Assembly: GCF_024521635.1 (NCBI RefSeq)
Contig: NW_026250427.1
Span: 62,001 to 126,000, forward strand
DNA: 64,000 bases
Source of the DNA: Tricharina praecox
Lineage: Eukaryota
Direction: 5' to 3'
This document shows positions 25,357-38,580 of this stretch, in pieces. The position numbers were made by a program, and so were the translations under genes. Each line of letters starts with the position of its first letter. Position 1 is the stretch's first letter. The notes beneath the pieces were generated by a model. It did not search any database. It was not told where the DNA came from and worked only from the letters and a program-made list of their open reading frames with translations.

Positions 25357-25580
25357 TCGTATTGATGTCCTGGTGAACTCGACAATGCATACTGTACTTC
25401 TGAGGTACGAGGTTTGGGGTTTGGGTACGAGATTTGGGGTTTGGGGGTCCAGGGCTCGGGGCTGGGGCTCACGTATTGATGCCCTGTTGAACTTGATGTT
25501 GCATATGTACTTCTTGGGTACACGAGGTTTGGGATTCAGGGCTCGGGGTATGGGGTATGGGGTTCGGGGCTCGCGTCTGC
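25357..25580. repeat. Degenerate tandem duplication of about 115 bp with G-rich (TTTGGGG/CTCGGGG) tails
   Basis: cgtattgatgtcctggtgaactcga...tgtacttct at 25357 recurs as cgtattgatgccctgttgaacttga...tgtacttct at 25472. Confidence 0.75.
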
Positions 25581-26212
25581 ATTCGGCTCGAAACGGAGTT
25601 GTCGGTTCTAGGTAGTTGGCCGAACGATCTTTGATGATGGAGTAACTGGTACGCTGGCTTCCCTATGAGGTAAGCACGAAGAGACAGGAGGGATCCCCCA
25701 TGGTGATTTCAACCTCCACAGATGTGTGAGAGTATGTCCTCACCGGTCTGAATGGGGCGGGTCTGAATGGGGTGGGTTAGACTAAATGGAGATAACGAGT
25801 GAGGGATAATGAATTATCTGAATGATGGCGGACCAAAGTTACTCTACTACATATCATGTTCATTGAAGAAGGAAGGTGCGACGGTAGAGCGACGGGAGGA
25901 TAGTTAAGAGGACAGGTAAACAATACCTTTGCTTCCTTGAGGGGAGGACTTTGAATGCTTTATCGTTCGTGACTTATTCATGGCTGAGCGGTGATCTGGG
26001 TTGCAACGGGGCGTCTGTGTGCGCCGTGCGATACTTTAATCCGAATGGGTGCTGTTTATCTCGTCCGTTTATTGGCTGCTTGTTTAGTCCCTTGCAGCAA
26101 TCAGCCGTGTTTCTTGGCAGTGATGGCATCGCTAGTGACTCTAAACACTACACGTCTTCCAGCTTCACACAAGAAATCACCGCGATAGGTACCTCCGAGT
26201 CCAAGAACCAGC

Positions 26213-29200
26213 ATGTCACCACCGCAGAATAAAACTTCTGCGCCCGCGAAGAAGCAAGCGCCGGCTGCCACTACGACAGCATCATCCGAAGAGAAGAAGG
26301 CCCCTACCGTACAGGAAATTATTGGAGGAAAGTCATGGACGGGGAAATTGCCGCAGACGCTGTTGTGAGTTCTCTCCTCCGTATGTAGGTTGGTAGCTAG
26401 TTTGAGTGCGGAGTGCTGAATTGGAATTGCAGCTACGAGCACTGCGTCAAGAACGGCTGGGAGAAGCCACAGTACGATAATGTACGTCGCTCCCGTGTGC
26501 CCCATCCGGGGGTGTGTGCTGACCTCGATCCAGAAGCGCGACAAAGGCGGCTTCGTCTCGACGGTCCACATCGGCGTCAAGAACCCGCGCAGCGCCGAGA
26601 TCGAGCGCATTTCCTTCCAACCACCGGACCTGCCGTGGGTTCCGCAACCGACCGCACTCGAGTCCCGCCACTTCTGCGCAACCTACGCTCTCCACCGTGT
26701 CTGCTCCATGAAGAACATCCAGCACATGCTGCCGCCAACGCATAAGCGCCTCTGGGGCGCGTGGGAGGATATACGGGTGGAGGAGAAGGCGGCGGGGAAA
26801 GGGTGGCGCTACGAGGCCGATCCGTTTGCGGTCAAGAGGGAACATGAGCTCGCCAGGATTAAGCAGGAGCAGAAACGGGAGGCGCAGCAGAAGGAGCCGA
26901 AGAAGTTTAAAGACTCGAAGCTTACATTGGGCGGTGGGAAGGGGTGGCAGGCCGTGCCGGTGGTGGACATGGGACGGGAACGAAGGGTGGAGGCCGAAGA
27001 TTTGATCCGGCGGTATCATGTGTGGAATCCGTTGGGTATCACTCTCTCGAAAGATGCGCAGCGGCGGATCGTGGATGAATTGGTAGGGCTAGGCTTCAGG
27101 AAGCTGCATGCTGAGGAGGCGTGTGAATGGGTGAAGGATCGCGAAGAGGCGCTGGAGTGGCTATTGACGCATGTACCTGAGGACGATGTGCCGCCAAGGT
27201 TTTTGCCAGAGAACTATTCGGCGGGGATCACCATGTCGACTGGCGGGAGCCTTGGGGTTGAGTATGCCATAAAGCGACTGGCAACTATAGGGTACTCATT
27301 GGACTTGTGCCGGGAGGTGTTGGAACGGAATGCGCTGGATGAGCACCGCGCTGCCGAAGCGTTGATGGAGATGCTAGTGCACGGAAAGCAAATATCGCCA
27401 GTTGGAGTGGTGGAAGTGGATCTTCTAACCATCGAGCAGCACCACGACTGGGAGGAGGAACTAGCATCACTTGAGGCTATCTACGGAGCCGAACGATTTA
27501 AGTGTGTCTCTCCAAATGTGGTCAGAATAACGCTCGACATGCAAGATCGGGGTCCCAAAAATCTTCCTACTATCATCCTTGAGGTCCGAAAGCCAGCAGA
27601 GTACTCTGGATCGGTGTATTATCCTGAGACGATTCCTACCTTTGCGGTCATCACGGAGGGCGAGCGCAAACTTCCAGCACATGTCCGTTTGAGCATCATT
27701 CGACAGACCGCGGAGTACGCCGAAACGCTCAAAGGCGAGCAGATGATCTTCACCGTAGTCGACTGGCTAGAGAACGAAATTCTCCGTATCATAGCGAATC
27801 CGGGTCGATTACGGGACGTGGCTACAGCTATCACTGGCAGTGACGAGAGAAAAGATGAGCCATCATCCGTGCAGCAGAAGCGGCGACGAAATTTCCGCAA
27901 GAGGAGCCCGATCGACTGGACGCCGGGTACGAAGCAAAGTTTAGATATCATGCGCGCTACTGAGGCCCGACTCAATACTCCCGCACAGAGGAAAATGGTC
28001 GAGGCACGGATGCGGCTTCCGGCTTGGGAGGCACGGCACGATATCGTCAAGGCGGTCAATGAGGCGCAGGTGATCATCATCAGTGGAGAAACTGGTAGCG
28101 GAAAGAGTACGCAGGCGGTACAGTTTGTTCTCGACGACCTTATCCAGCGCAAACTGGGTGCTACGGCAAACATCGTCTGTACGCAGCCTCGACGTATCTC
28201 TGCACTCGGTCTCGCGGACCGTGTCAGTGATGAAAGGTGTCAGGCTGTTGGCCAGGAGGTCGGATACGCTATCCGTGGCGAAGCGAAGCAGACGCAGGGA
28301 GTCACTAGGGTTACGTTCGTGACGACTGGTGTGCTGCTTCGACGGCTGCAGATGGGTGATACGCTTGAGGATATATCGCATATCGTTGTCGATGAGGTTC
28401 ACGAACGGAGTTTGGACACTGATTTCCTCCTCATCCTGGTCAAGAGGATCATCACTAAGCGGAAGGATCTGAAGATCATACTGATGAGCGCTACCCTGGA
28501 TGCCGATGTTTTCTCGAATTACTTCGGAGGCAACAAGGTGGTTCGCAGAATCAACATTGAAGGCAGAACTTTCCCAGTCGAAGATATCTATCTGGATACT
28601 ATAATCAAGACCACCGGTTTTACTGGCGGAAACCAGTATTCAGGAGGTGGGAAAGATAAGAGACTCGACGACGCGGAATGGGACGATACGGATCCGTCGA
28701 CAAGCCTGATCATTCGGAATCTGGGCGACAGAATCAATTACAATCTGATTGCTGCGACTGTGACGGAAATTGATAAGCGGTTGACAGACACGGAGGGTGC
28801 AATCCTCATCTTTCTACCTGGTAATATCCCTTTTCTTCGTTGTAAATCAGAAGATACTGAACGAAGTAGGTACAATGGAGATCTCACGCTGTCTCGAAGC
28901 CATCCGGTTCTTGCCCGGTGGCTCGTCTCGGTTCCATGCCCTTCCACTCCATGCATCACTTACGCCATTGGAACAACGTCGCGTCTTCCCCCCGGCGCCG
29001 AAGGGCCTACGAAAGATCGTAGCGGCTACCAATGTTGCTGAGACTTCCATCACCATCGAGGACGTTGTCTGCGTCATCGATACCGGAAGGGTCAAGGAAA
29101 CTTCCTTTGACGTGGCGAATAACGTGGTTAAACTCCAGGAAGTGTGGGCGTCTCGCGCAGCAGCAAAACAGCGCCGCGGACGTGCTGGTCGTGTTCGCGC

Positions 29201-30451
29201 TGGCCAGTGCTATAAACTCTACACTAAGGGCACCGAAACACGAAAGATGCCAGAGCGCCCCGAGCCAGAGCTGAAGCGTGTGCCGCTGGAACAGACGTGT
29301 CTCAGTGCTAAGGCGATGGGTATCAAGGACGTGCGAGCGTTCTTGGCTGCGGCCATCAGTCCGCCCAATATTGTTGCCGTTGAGGGTGCTCTGGCCTTAT
29401 TGGAGAAGATGGGCGCTGTCGTCGACGATGAGCTTTCGGCGCTGGGAAGGCATATGTCCATGATACCCGCGGATCTCCGGTGTTCCAAGCTCATGGTGTA
29501 CGGCGTCCTCTTTGGCTGTCTCAGCTCAGCGCTCACCATCGCAGCCATCCTCACAGCGCGATCTCCATTTTCTTCCCGGATGGATACACGGGAAGAATCC
29601 AAGAAGTCTCGTGTTCAATTCGCCAAGTCCCAAGGCGACCTCCTGGCGGACTGCCGGGCATGGGAGCAATGGTCGGAAAAGCGTAAAAATCTTTCTCGCG
29701 GAGAGCTCCGCCAGTGGTGCCAGGACAACTTCCTCGATTCTCAAGTCATGTTCGACATCGGGTCCAACCGCTCCCAATATATCGACTCTCTCCGCGACAC
29801 CGGCTTCCTCCCATTCGGCAGTCGGAGCCAACCGCTCCTTCCAACGGAGCTCGACAGGAACGAAGGCAACGACATCCTGCTCCGCGCTCTCATCGCCGGT
29901 GCCTTCACTCCGCAGATCGCACGCATCCAGATGCCGGAGCAGAAGTTCGCGTCAAGCTCGTCGGGTGCCCTGGCCGTGGATCCAGAGGCGAGGACGATAA
30001 AGTACTTTTCCAACGACAGTGGCCGCGTCTTTGTGCACCCGTCCAGCACCGTATTCGAGGCAAAATCGTTTCCTGGCAACGCTGGGTTCATGACTTTCTT
30101 TGGAAAGATGGCTACCAGCAAGGTGTTTCTGCGCGATTGCACTCGTAAGCTCCCTCTTCCTCTCGCCTCCCCGTGCTTTCCCTTGGCTAACATCTCGTAG
30201 CGGTGAATACCTACTCCCTCCTCCTCCTCGGCGGCAAGGTCGAAGTCGACACTATGGGGCGCGGTATCACTATCGACAGCTGGCTGCGACTCCGTGGATG
30301 GGGAAGAATAGGCGTTCTGGTTCGACGGCTGAGGGCGATGCTGGATACCGCGCTCGACGGCATGATTGATTCGCCGGATACGGCGCTGAAACATGGGCAT
30401 GATGAGGTGGTCAAATGTGTTATCGGACTCATTGAGGGTGATGGTACGTGA
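26213..30451 (+). CDS. DHX57: DEAH/RHA RNA helicase with UBA-like and RWD domains (DHX57 / S. pombe Ucp12 / YLR419W-like)
   Basis: Exons 26213-26364, 26433-26481, 26534-28820, 28870-30144, 30201-30451, with canonical introns. Motifs GETGSGKST, CTQPRRISA, DEVH, MSAT, ATNVAETSITI, QRRGRAGR, RVFVHPSS; ALEWLLTHVPEDDVP; EEELASLEAIY. Confidence 0.92.
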
Positions 30452-30704
30452 TCCGCTGTGTTTGGTTTGGACGGGCGGACGGACGTGGGGTTTCTTGTTA
30501 TGGCTGGCATAGATTGGGTGGGTCGATGTACTCTAGATGATGGGATACACATGGGATACACGTATAGTAGTATGACTGAATGACTAGATGACTAGATGGA
30601 TTGGTGTTATGGGTCTCTGAATGGATTTGGAGCATACATGCATGTTCACTCGTGAGATATCGATACGAGGGACTTGGAAGTGTCGTGTGAGGCATCACGG
30701 AGCC

Positions 30705-30753
30705 GAACCGGATGTGTATCTGCTATGGTCTACTAAGGTCGAATGTAATAATA
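30705..30753 (+). mobile_element. LINE 3'-terminal relic
   Basis: gaaccggatgtgtatctgctatggtctactaaggtcgaatg vs LINE tail gaaccggagtgtatacagccatgatctactgaagtcgaatg. Confidence 0.6.
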
Positions 30754-30857
30754 TCTTCACTGTATCCCATTCACGCCGCCATTACGCTGAATGTAGCTCC
30801 GTAATAAGGAAAGTTGAGTTGAGGGCAGGCACCGTACCAGCAGACGTTACCCACTGC

Positions 30858-31018
30858 AAACGGCTCAACCGATGTTGGAACTTGGAAGTCGTTCCAAGAA
30901 TTTGGAAGCAGCAGATGAAAATTGGAACCCGGCTCTTCCGTGCGAAATTGTGGAATCGGCAAAGAAATAACAGAACAAAGCCTTGTTCCAACTTCCAAGC
31001 CATCGAGTCGGGGCGTTT
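30858..31018. repeat. Imperfect inverted repeat of about 30 bp enclosing TTGGAA motifs (possible eroded MITE)
   Basis: Left aaacggctcaaccgatgttggaacttggaa; reverse complement of right aaacgccccgactcgatggcttggaagttggaa. No clear TSD. Confidence 0.5.
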
Positions 31019-34000
31019 CGTCACAGATAACACTACCGAAACCCCATGGAAGCCAGCATCCCCACAAGGGAGAATGCATCCGGCCAGAGGGTCTTTTTCC
31101 GGTCGTCGCCGGGAATAGTCTCCTCGTGCGGACTGCGGATATTCCGCTCGATTGGAGGGGAGGGATCGCACAGGATGGATGATATTTGGTGTGTGCTTCG
31201 CCGTCACTCGGTGAAGGCTGGACCGAGGAAGTAATCTGAGCCGGTCCATTGGGACGGCGGATGGCTGTATGGGGGGATTATCTACCGTTCGACTTCTTGT
31301 GCCGTTATTTGTATGTATGGACCGGTATCCTTGAGGTTTGGTGATTGCTTCGGTTATTGATAGTTATCTACCAGGGAAGGGAAGGGATACCTATTCCTGT
31401 GGTACCTATGATACCTATTTGCCACTGGATAAGGGAAGTCCATAGTAGGCTCACCAAATCGGGGCTAGAACTCGAGAGATAGGTATCTATGAACTGAACA
31501 GTGAACATGACGGAGAACTTTTCACTACTTCCTACTTGTTTCTTGAGTAGGCAGTACTATACTCTCCACTACTATGATAGCTATGACTTCATCTACAAGG
31601 TACCGGTATGTATGATACCTAGAACTCTCATCGCGAAAAAAAGGACACATCCATTCAGATCGGGGGTAAATACTATACCGGTACTCTACTCTATTCCCTA
31701 GCCACCCTCTCGAGTCTTCAGGCCATCCCAGGCCATCCCAGTCAACCCATAAGGCAGATTTAAGAACAAGCAACTCGGATATCCACTATCCAGAGTCTAG
31801 GCAGTTGAGGGGATGAATTCTGAAGCTTGGACAGGCCAACTTCCAAGCCGCAAGCAGCATCGAAAGCGCCCTCCCTCCCTCCCTCCCTCCCTCCCTCTCT
31901 CCCTCCCTCCTCCGAAATCGGCACCCAGTCCGACCCGTGAAACAACGGAACAGTGTAGGACGAAACGAAGGGCCAGATTACTAGGCAGTATCTATATCAG
32001 ATCAGGATTCAGTGGGTAGGCTGGAATCTAGATCCGCCCTTGGCGGGAGTGGGCGGCTGACGATGGATACTGATGTAGTACGGTACTACATACGCCTATG
32101 CGGCATCCCGTGCGGACGCGCAACGAGAAGGGGGACGGGGTGGGAGACGGGGTGGGGGGAAGGAAGGAATTGGCGATATCTAGATACATCTGCTGTAACG
32201 GTAGCGGGGCGGCGGGGGTTCGCTTCGGAGGTGCTGGGGAGGGGATACTCCAGGTACTCTATCGTAGGTATCATTGGATGGCCTTCTCGATCGTGTGCTC
32301 ACTCCTCAGGACTGAGGCGTAGCTTTTAGCTCCGATGCGTCCATTTCCGAAGTCAACTGGATCACCACCCAGGAGTCCAAGCCTCAAGAGACCGGCGGCA
32401 TTCGTCGATAACGACGGAGGCAAAAGCGGCTTCGAGTTCATGCACACCACGCGTCCCGGGGGGAGGTCTGCTAGCCTCTGGGTAGTCTGTAACGTGCCCA
32501 GAATCCGAGCCAGGAAATGCACATCTCAGTCGCGATGCTTCCGCGCTTAACGAGTCGGCCGGAGGAGTAAGCATTGAGCACTGAGCCAGGCCCCTGGTCA
32601 AAACAACCAAACAAAGGGGAATTCTAGATCTGGAGCGGTAGGTAGGTGCTACAGTACTTTATATGTAGTCACCCATCTGCTCCGAAATCCGCAATTTCGG
32701 TACTTCGGTATGTAGGTACATGGTAGGTACATCAAACAGACAAGACGCGTGAGGAAGTTATGATATGTATGGGGGTAGTCGCATAAGGGTCTCGCCAGGG
32801 GGGAAGACGCGATACATATTACACACCCTGGCTCGGAATGCACTGGCGATCCAGGAGGCGTTGTTATTGGTGGGGAAATCGACAGCTTTTGCTTGTTTTG
32901 TTTAATCGGTGATTGCATACGATGGGGAAACCAGTGCCTGGTTCGGCAAGACGGCAGATGTGCTGTGCCCGAGTGCTGAGCGGTGACGGCGGTTCCGAGG
33001 GCGGCGATTGAAAGTTGCAATGGGGTCTGCGAAGGAGATTGTCGCCGCCGAGATTCCAAGCTTTTCGGAGATGCTGCACCAGCAGAGTTCAACGGTAATG
33101 GCCGTATCGTAACTGCATCTTACTCTGCTCTAATAATTATCGACTCCCGAGTCCCAATCTTCAAGCGATGCCCTGCGCTGCCGCGATCTCTCTAGCGCCC
33201 ATTCGCTCTGATCTATTTATGCCCGATCTACCGACTCCTGAGGGCTGAGGGCTGAATCCTGAGCAATGAGCAGCGAGCAGTGAGTGCTACTACTACACAT
33301 ACTATCTAGCAGGTTACAATCGGCAAGTACTCAGGCAGGGCGGCTAAGCCAGGTACCTTCCTCTCCGCGCGACCCCCACCAGCCTATGGAAGGTGTCGCG
33401 CAGCGACATCCAAAACACAGCTGAAACTGCCAGTGCAACAACAACCACCACCACAACAACGGCCATGTACGAGATAGTTATACCCCACCACCCCATATGT
33501 AGGAGGGATCTTTCGTCCGCCGCCGGTATTCCTCTCCATTCCATCATTTCACATCCTCTTCTCATCCTTCTTCTTTTTTTGTTCCTTGCGTTTATTTCCA
33601 TTCTTCGGTTTGCGTCAACGTCAACGTCGATTGCTACCGCACATACGAGCCAGCCTCGTTTCTTTGTTTTATTTTCATTCAGCTCACATTCCACGACGGC
33701 AGGCCCACCCACAGTTCAGAGTTGACATCTGTACCTTTCATTATTTCACTGTCCGTAACAGCAGAAGGCAAGGAGAAGAAGAAGCAGAAGAGGAACGAAG
33801 CAAGAAGGATTCATCGCAGACAAATCATCTTCTTCGGCTATCCGTCGATATCCCGACAATCACCATCCGGCAGGACCGAATATCCAAACACGGCGACTGC
33901 TTCATTGCTCTCTCGTCCAGATCCCCCTCCATCACATAATCACCCCCCTTCCGACCAGTCTCAGTCTTCAGACAACTCGTACATCGAGCCTCAGTACGAG

Positions 34001-34112
34001 CCCGAAACCGAAACGAGGGGCCGCACACGCACAGACACACGGAGTTTCAATTCCAGGTTCCCATCGGCGCTTCCACTTGACTCCAATCCTTTACTCGATA
34101 TAACAAGCACAT

Positions 34113-35392
34113 ATGTCTCCTCGTTCACGATCCAACACTCGCACCGCATGGACGTATCTCGGACTTGCAATGGCTCCGACGATGATAATAGCACTACCGA
34201 CAGCAGAGACGGCGCATGGGGGAATGCGGGTCAGGAATATCGAGATACGATATCCGGCCGGCGAATCGCGCAACGGAACTTCGCCATTCCCTCCGCCACC
34301 ACCACCGCCACCACCAAAGAACGATCACGATAGCGATGATGATGACGAGAGTGATGACGACGACGTGGTTGCGTCTGCCAGCATCTCTGCGGGTATCCCA
34401 TTGCAGACGGGCATTCCGGAGGCTGAGGCCGCAGCGATGAGGGTGCAATCACCCGAAGAGGAGACGAAGGAGCATTGGATGATTGCCATGGGATCTGTCG
34501 GTATGTTCCCTCCCCTCTTCTCTGCACAAGGCCGTCCACTGACCAACCGCCAGTGTCATTCGTGGTAATCTGCGCCGTCTGCTTCTTGCTCTGGAAATGG
34601 CGAGCAGTAATCGCAAAGAAGATCTTCCCGAACCGGGGCAACAACCGCAATTCCTTCTCTTCGACCGCCGAGAAATCCCGGCCGATCATCACCGGCCCGA
34701 CCGACGGCTGGCAATCCGTAGGCTCCGACGCCCCCGCGTCGCTGTACCACATCCCGCTCTTCGGCGCACCCACCACCGAATCCGGCACCACCGAAGACGG
34801 CATCTTCGCCATGCCGTACCCACCGGCGCCCGCGCTCGCGCCCTCAACCGCACAGATGGGGCGACAGGGGTCCCTGCGGCGCCTCGTGCGGCGCTCGCTC
34901 CTTGACGAGTCAGACCGGCAGCGGATCGCATCGCCCACGTCGGACGGACACACGCACACGTTCTACCTCGAGAACGAGCTTGCGGCCGGCACCACCGCAG
35001 CGCGCAAATCTATCCCCACGCGCAAGACCAAGCGCGAGTCGCTAAGCCTGAACATTGCGCCCGCTGCGGCCACCGCGTTCCCGCCTGCCCCCGCAATCCC
35101 GGACTCCCCTGAGGCTGCGCGAGAGATCAGTAGGTTCAGCTGGATCACCGCCGCAAAGAGCGTCCGCTCCTCCGTGTCAATGGAGAGTCAGCCAGTTAAG
35201 CATAGAACTGTCAACTCGTGGGTCAGCCAGCAGGCGAATCGTACCATGTTGAAGAATGATGCCACTACTGCCCAGGTTCCGCCGACGCCCGTGGAGTTTA
35301 GAGCGCATCCGGGCGCTGAAGTTGTGTTTGGTAGCGGCGGAAGGAGGATCGAGAGCCGTGTGCTCGACATGAGGCTGGATGCTAGGTCGTGA
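34113..35392 (+). CDS. Uncharacterised single-pass (type I) membrane protein
   Basis: Exons 34113-34500 and 34554-35392; intron GTATGT..CTGAC..CAG. Splicing creates one continuous TM helix WMIAMGSVVSFVVICAVCFLLW followed by basic KWRAVIAKK. Signal-peptide-like N-terminus, Pro/acidic ectodomain, Ser/Arg-rich tail. Confidence 0.72.
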
Positions 35393-35688
35393 TCGAGAAG
35401 GATGTATTATGGTTTTGGTTTGTTTGGTTGCTTTTGGTTACTTTATAGCGGGTGTATGTACATGGTATTTCTCGTATTGTTTTCCTTTCCTTCTGGTGTT
35501 TAATAGGATCGGTGGGTGGGGAGTCTGGGGAGTCTGGGGACGGTGGTTGGGTTGGGTTGGGGGAGTTATGTTATGTATGTACAAGTGTCAACGGGAAAAA
35601 ACATCCATAACTGCAATCGCATTGCCTTATTCCTGTACCATAAACCCCCTTCCCCATCCCCGCCCACCCTCACCAGCAGCAAGAGTAA

Positions 35689-36231
35689 CTACAACCTCGC
35701 CCCCCCCTCCCCCACCAAAATCCTCTCCAACCCACATCTCATCTTTGCCTCCAGCGCCTTAACCGGCCTCCTACTCCGCGCATCAACAAAAACATGCGTG
35801 AACCCGCCCACGGCACACACCTTGTCCCCGCCCCCCACCCGGAAGAACCCCACCTCGTACTGCACACTGCTGGTCCCCAGCCGTCGCACGCACAGGCCGA
35901 GCTCTACCGCCTCCGGGAATGATAAAGACAAGAAGTACGTGCAGTGGCTTGAGATTACGAGGCCTATCTGCTGCTGAGGCTGCGGCTGCTGCTGGGTGGT
36001 GGGCGTGGAAGAGGGGGCGCTGGAAGGGGAAGGGGTGGGGGTGGGGGTGGGAACAAGCCCGCAGTGCGAGATCAGGTAGCTGTTCACGGCGCTGTCGATC
36101 AGGAAGGCGTACACGCTGTTGTTCAGGTGGCCGTACTGGTCGTTGTCGGACCAGCGCGTGCTGTGTGTGGATTTGTGAGGGTAGTCGGCGAGGGTGCGGG
36201 ATTTGAGGGGGTTTGGGGCGGTGGGTGGCAT
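35689..36231 (-). CDS. Acyl-CoA thioesterase, hotdog fold (4HBT/YbgC family)
   Basis: Motif TRWSDNDQYGHLNNSVY; LGTSSVQYEVGFF; GGFTHVFVD. ATG 36231 chosen; the upstream in-frame extension is repetitive. Confidence 0.88.
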   Translation of the reverse strand: MPPTAPNPLKSRTLADYPHKSTHSTRWSDNDQYGHLNNSVYAFLIDSAVNSYLISHCGLVPTPTPTPSPSSAPSSTPTTQQQPQPQQQIGLVISSHCTYFLSLSFPEAVELGLCVRRLGTSSVQYEVGFFRVGGGDKVCAVGGFTHVFVDARSRRPVKALEAKMRCGLERILVGEGGARL

Positions 36232-36936
36232 CGATGGAAGAGTGGGTGGGGGAGGGGTGGTGGGCTTGGTGGGCTTGGTGGGTGGTGCGGGAGAGGTGAG
36301 CTTGGGAGAGGTGAGCTTGGGAGAAGTGGCGGCGTGGGAAGTGGCGGCGTGGCGGCGTGGGACGCGGTGGGGGAGTTCGTCAAAGGTGTGGGCGTTGCAG
36401 GTACGGGCGGGAGAAATGTGGTCGTCCACCCTGTGGGCGGGGGACGCGATACATATCTGGTGCTGGTGTTCGTGTGCGCGCTGGGAGCGTGGGCCGAGGC
36501 TCGGTTGACGCAGCACGATGCTTGATAGTGCTCCCCCAAACCCCGGTTCGGCTCGGGAGTGGTGCGGATCGGTTTGGTCGGAGGTAAATAAAGTACTTCA
36601 GGCACAGTCTGTGGATGGCTTGTGACAGACAGGCTTCAGAGGTAATGGGAAAGTAAGGCTGTTGCTTGAATTCACCAGCTCGAGACGGGACATCGACATC
36701 ACCCGCTTCCTTTCACGTCACTCAGCCGAAAGAAACTCGGTATTTCTATCTCCCTCTGATCTCCCTCTCGAGAAAAAAAATCCTGATACATAAGAAAAAC
36801 CCAGCGGATACCTACCAGACATGCAAAAGCAAAAGCAAAAATGGAGAAGCAAAAAGTATCCTAGTACACCGAACCCCCAGCAATACCAGAACCCAGAACT
36901 TTACAACATAACAAAACTTTTCTTCATTCACCGCCC

Positions 36937-38580
36937 CTACTCATCGTTCATATTCAGCTCATCGAACTCATCCAGCAGCTCATCCATGCCGATCTCCGGC
37001 AGACCACCGTCCTCGTCCTCGTCCTCATCGCCATCCATCTCATCGTCCGTGTGCGCCGGCGCAGCGGCAGCGGCATCGTCCGTCTCCATCTCGACGCCAT
37101 CCATCTTCTGCGTCTTGGGCGGGTTCTTCCTGGTGCTCTTGAACAGCTGCAGGGTCTGTCTGAGCTCGGTATCCTCCTCGATCTCGCGCAGAAACAGCTC
37201 GTAGTCGCGTTCAGCACGGTCCTGATCCTGTTTGCGGGGCAGCATCTCGCTCTCCTCGCGGGAGATGTGGCGGAGCTTCCACGCGCGGGTCTTGTTCTTG
37301 CGGCGGCGCGGGTAGTGTTTCTTGACGAGCAGGACGGGCGGGACGTGGGAGTCGGGGATGCCCTCAAAGTGCGAGTTGTTGAAGTTGCTGCCGGTGAGGT
37401 GGTAGCCCATTGCGTCGTCGCCCGGGTGCAGTATCCCGCCCAGGTGCGTGCGGATCGTGAACTGGTGGTTGTCGGAGCTGCGCATCACCTCGACGTCGGC
37501 CAGGATGAATTTCCCCCGTGTGGGGCCCACCGGCTCCACGTTCAAGATGAAGTACTCCGTCAGCTCCGTCACGTTCGCGAGCGACGGGAACGGGTCCCGC
37601 CAGTACACTTGGTTCGAGATCTCGGCCACCTGCAGCGTATTCGGGTCCATCAGGTGGATCGAGTTGCCGATCTTCGTGCACAGCAGGAGCTGCGGGATGT
37701 TGCCGAGCTGCTTCGCCAGCTTCGAGGGAAGGCACACCAGGTCGTCCTTGCACACCGGCACGATCTCTATCGAGTACGTGAACTTGTACGACTTGGTCGA
37801 GGTGTGGATATCCTGCGAGATGAGCTCGGACGACTTTTGGCTGCGCACGGGCGTGACGGCGCTCAGGAAGTCCACCATCTTGACGGCGTGGTTGCGCTGC
37901 GCGTAGAAAAAGTCCAGCCCGTCCTTCGTCTCCCGGATCGAAATCGTGTCCTTGTGCGCATTGTGCTTGAGGATCAGCTGCTCCAGGTACAAGAACGTCC
38001 GCTTGTGCGAAACCTTCTGTCGCACCTGCACGCACGCCCGCCACGTGTTGGGTGTGTACGATTTCGCGCAGTCGGGACACTGAGTGTAGACCACCACGAA
38101 CTCGACCTCGAACGTCTGCACCAAGAAAGTAGTTTGATACGCCTGTCATTGCCCCATCAGCGCCTTCCCACATCACCGTTCCCCCTCCCCCCTGGTAATA
38201 CTCACATCCTGCACCTTAATCTTCAATTTAATCCTCTTACTGTGAGGCTCCGTCCAGATAAAGCTCGCATCGACCAGCCTGACCTTTGCGAGTCCCCTGA
38301 GGCGTCTTAAACACAGCGCCATCAACTCCTTCGACTCGAGCTGCGCGCCAACCCAGTGCTGCGGCGGCTGCAGCCACCGCTCACACCCGTTGCAGAAGTG
38401 TACCGACGCCTCCCGCTGAATCCCCTCCGATATGTCAACGTTCAGCCGGATGCACGACTCGCACATCGCCATGCCCGTCGTCCCGCTCATCGGCGCTCCG
38501 CATGTCGCGCACAGGATGTTGGCGGCACCCGCCGCCGTCGCCGTGTACGGCGTGTATGCGATCGGGGCGTCGATATCCAT
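36937..38580 (-). CDS. NMD3: 60S ribosomal export adaptor Nmd3
   Basis: Exons 38580-38206 and 38142-36937; intron GTGAGT..CTGAT..CAG. CxxC pairs; FIWTEPHSKRIK; VQVRQKVSHKRTFLYLEQLILKH; C-terminal NES-like LLDEFDELNM. Confidence 0.96.

Noticed and set aside
32485..32600. Minus-strand GGGGCCTGGCTCAGTG with a weak downstream B-box (tRNA-derived SINE?)
   Set aside because: B-box and stems are too degenerate to support a call.
37051..38310. Long antisense ORFs over NMD3 (similarly over eIF4B, the PanE-family gene and teaA)
   Set aside because: Shadow ORFs from high GC3 codon bias on the true coding strand.
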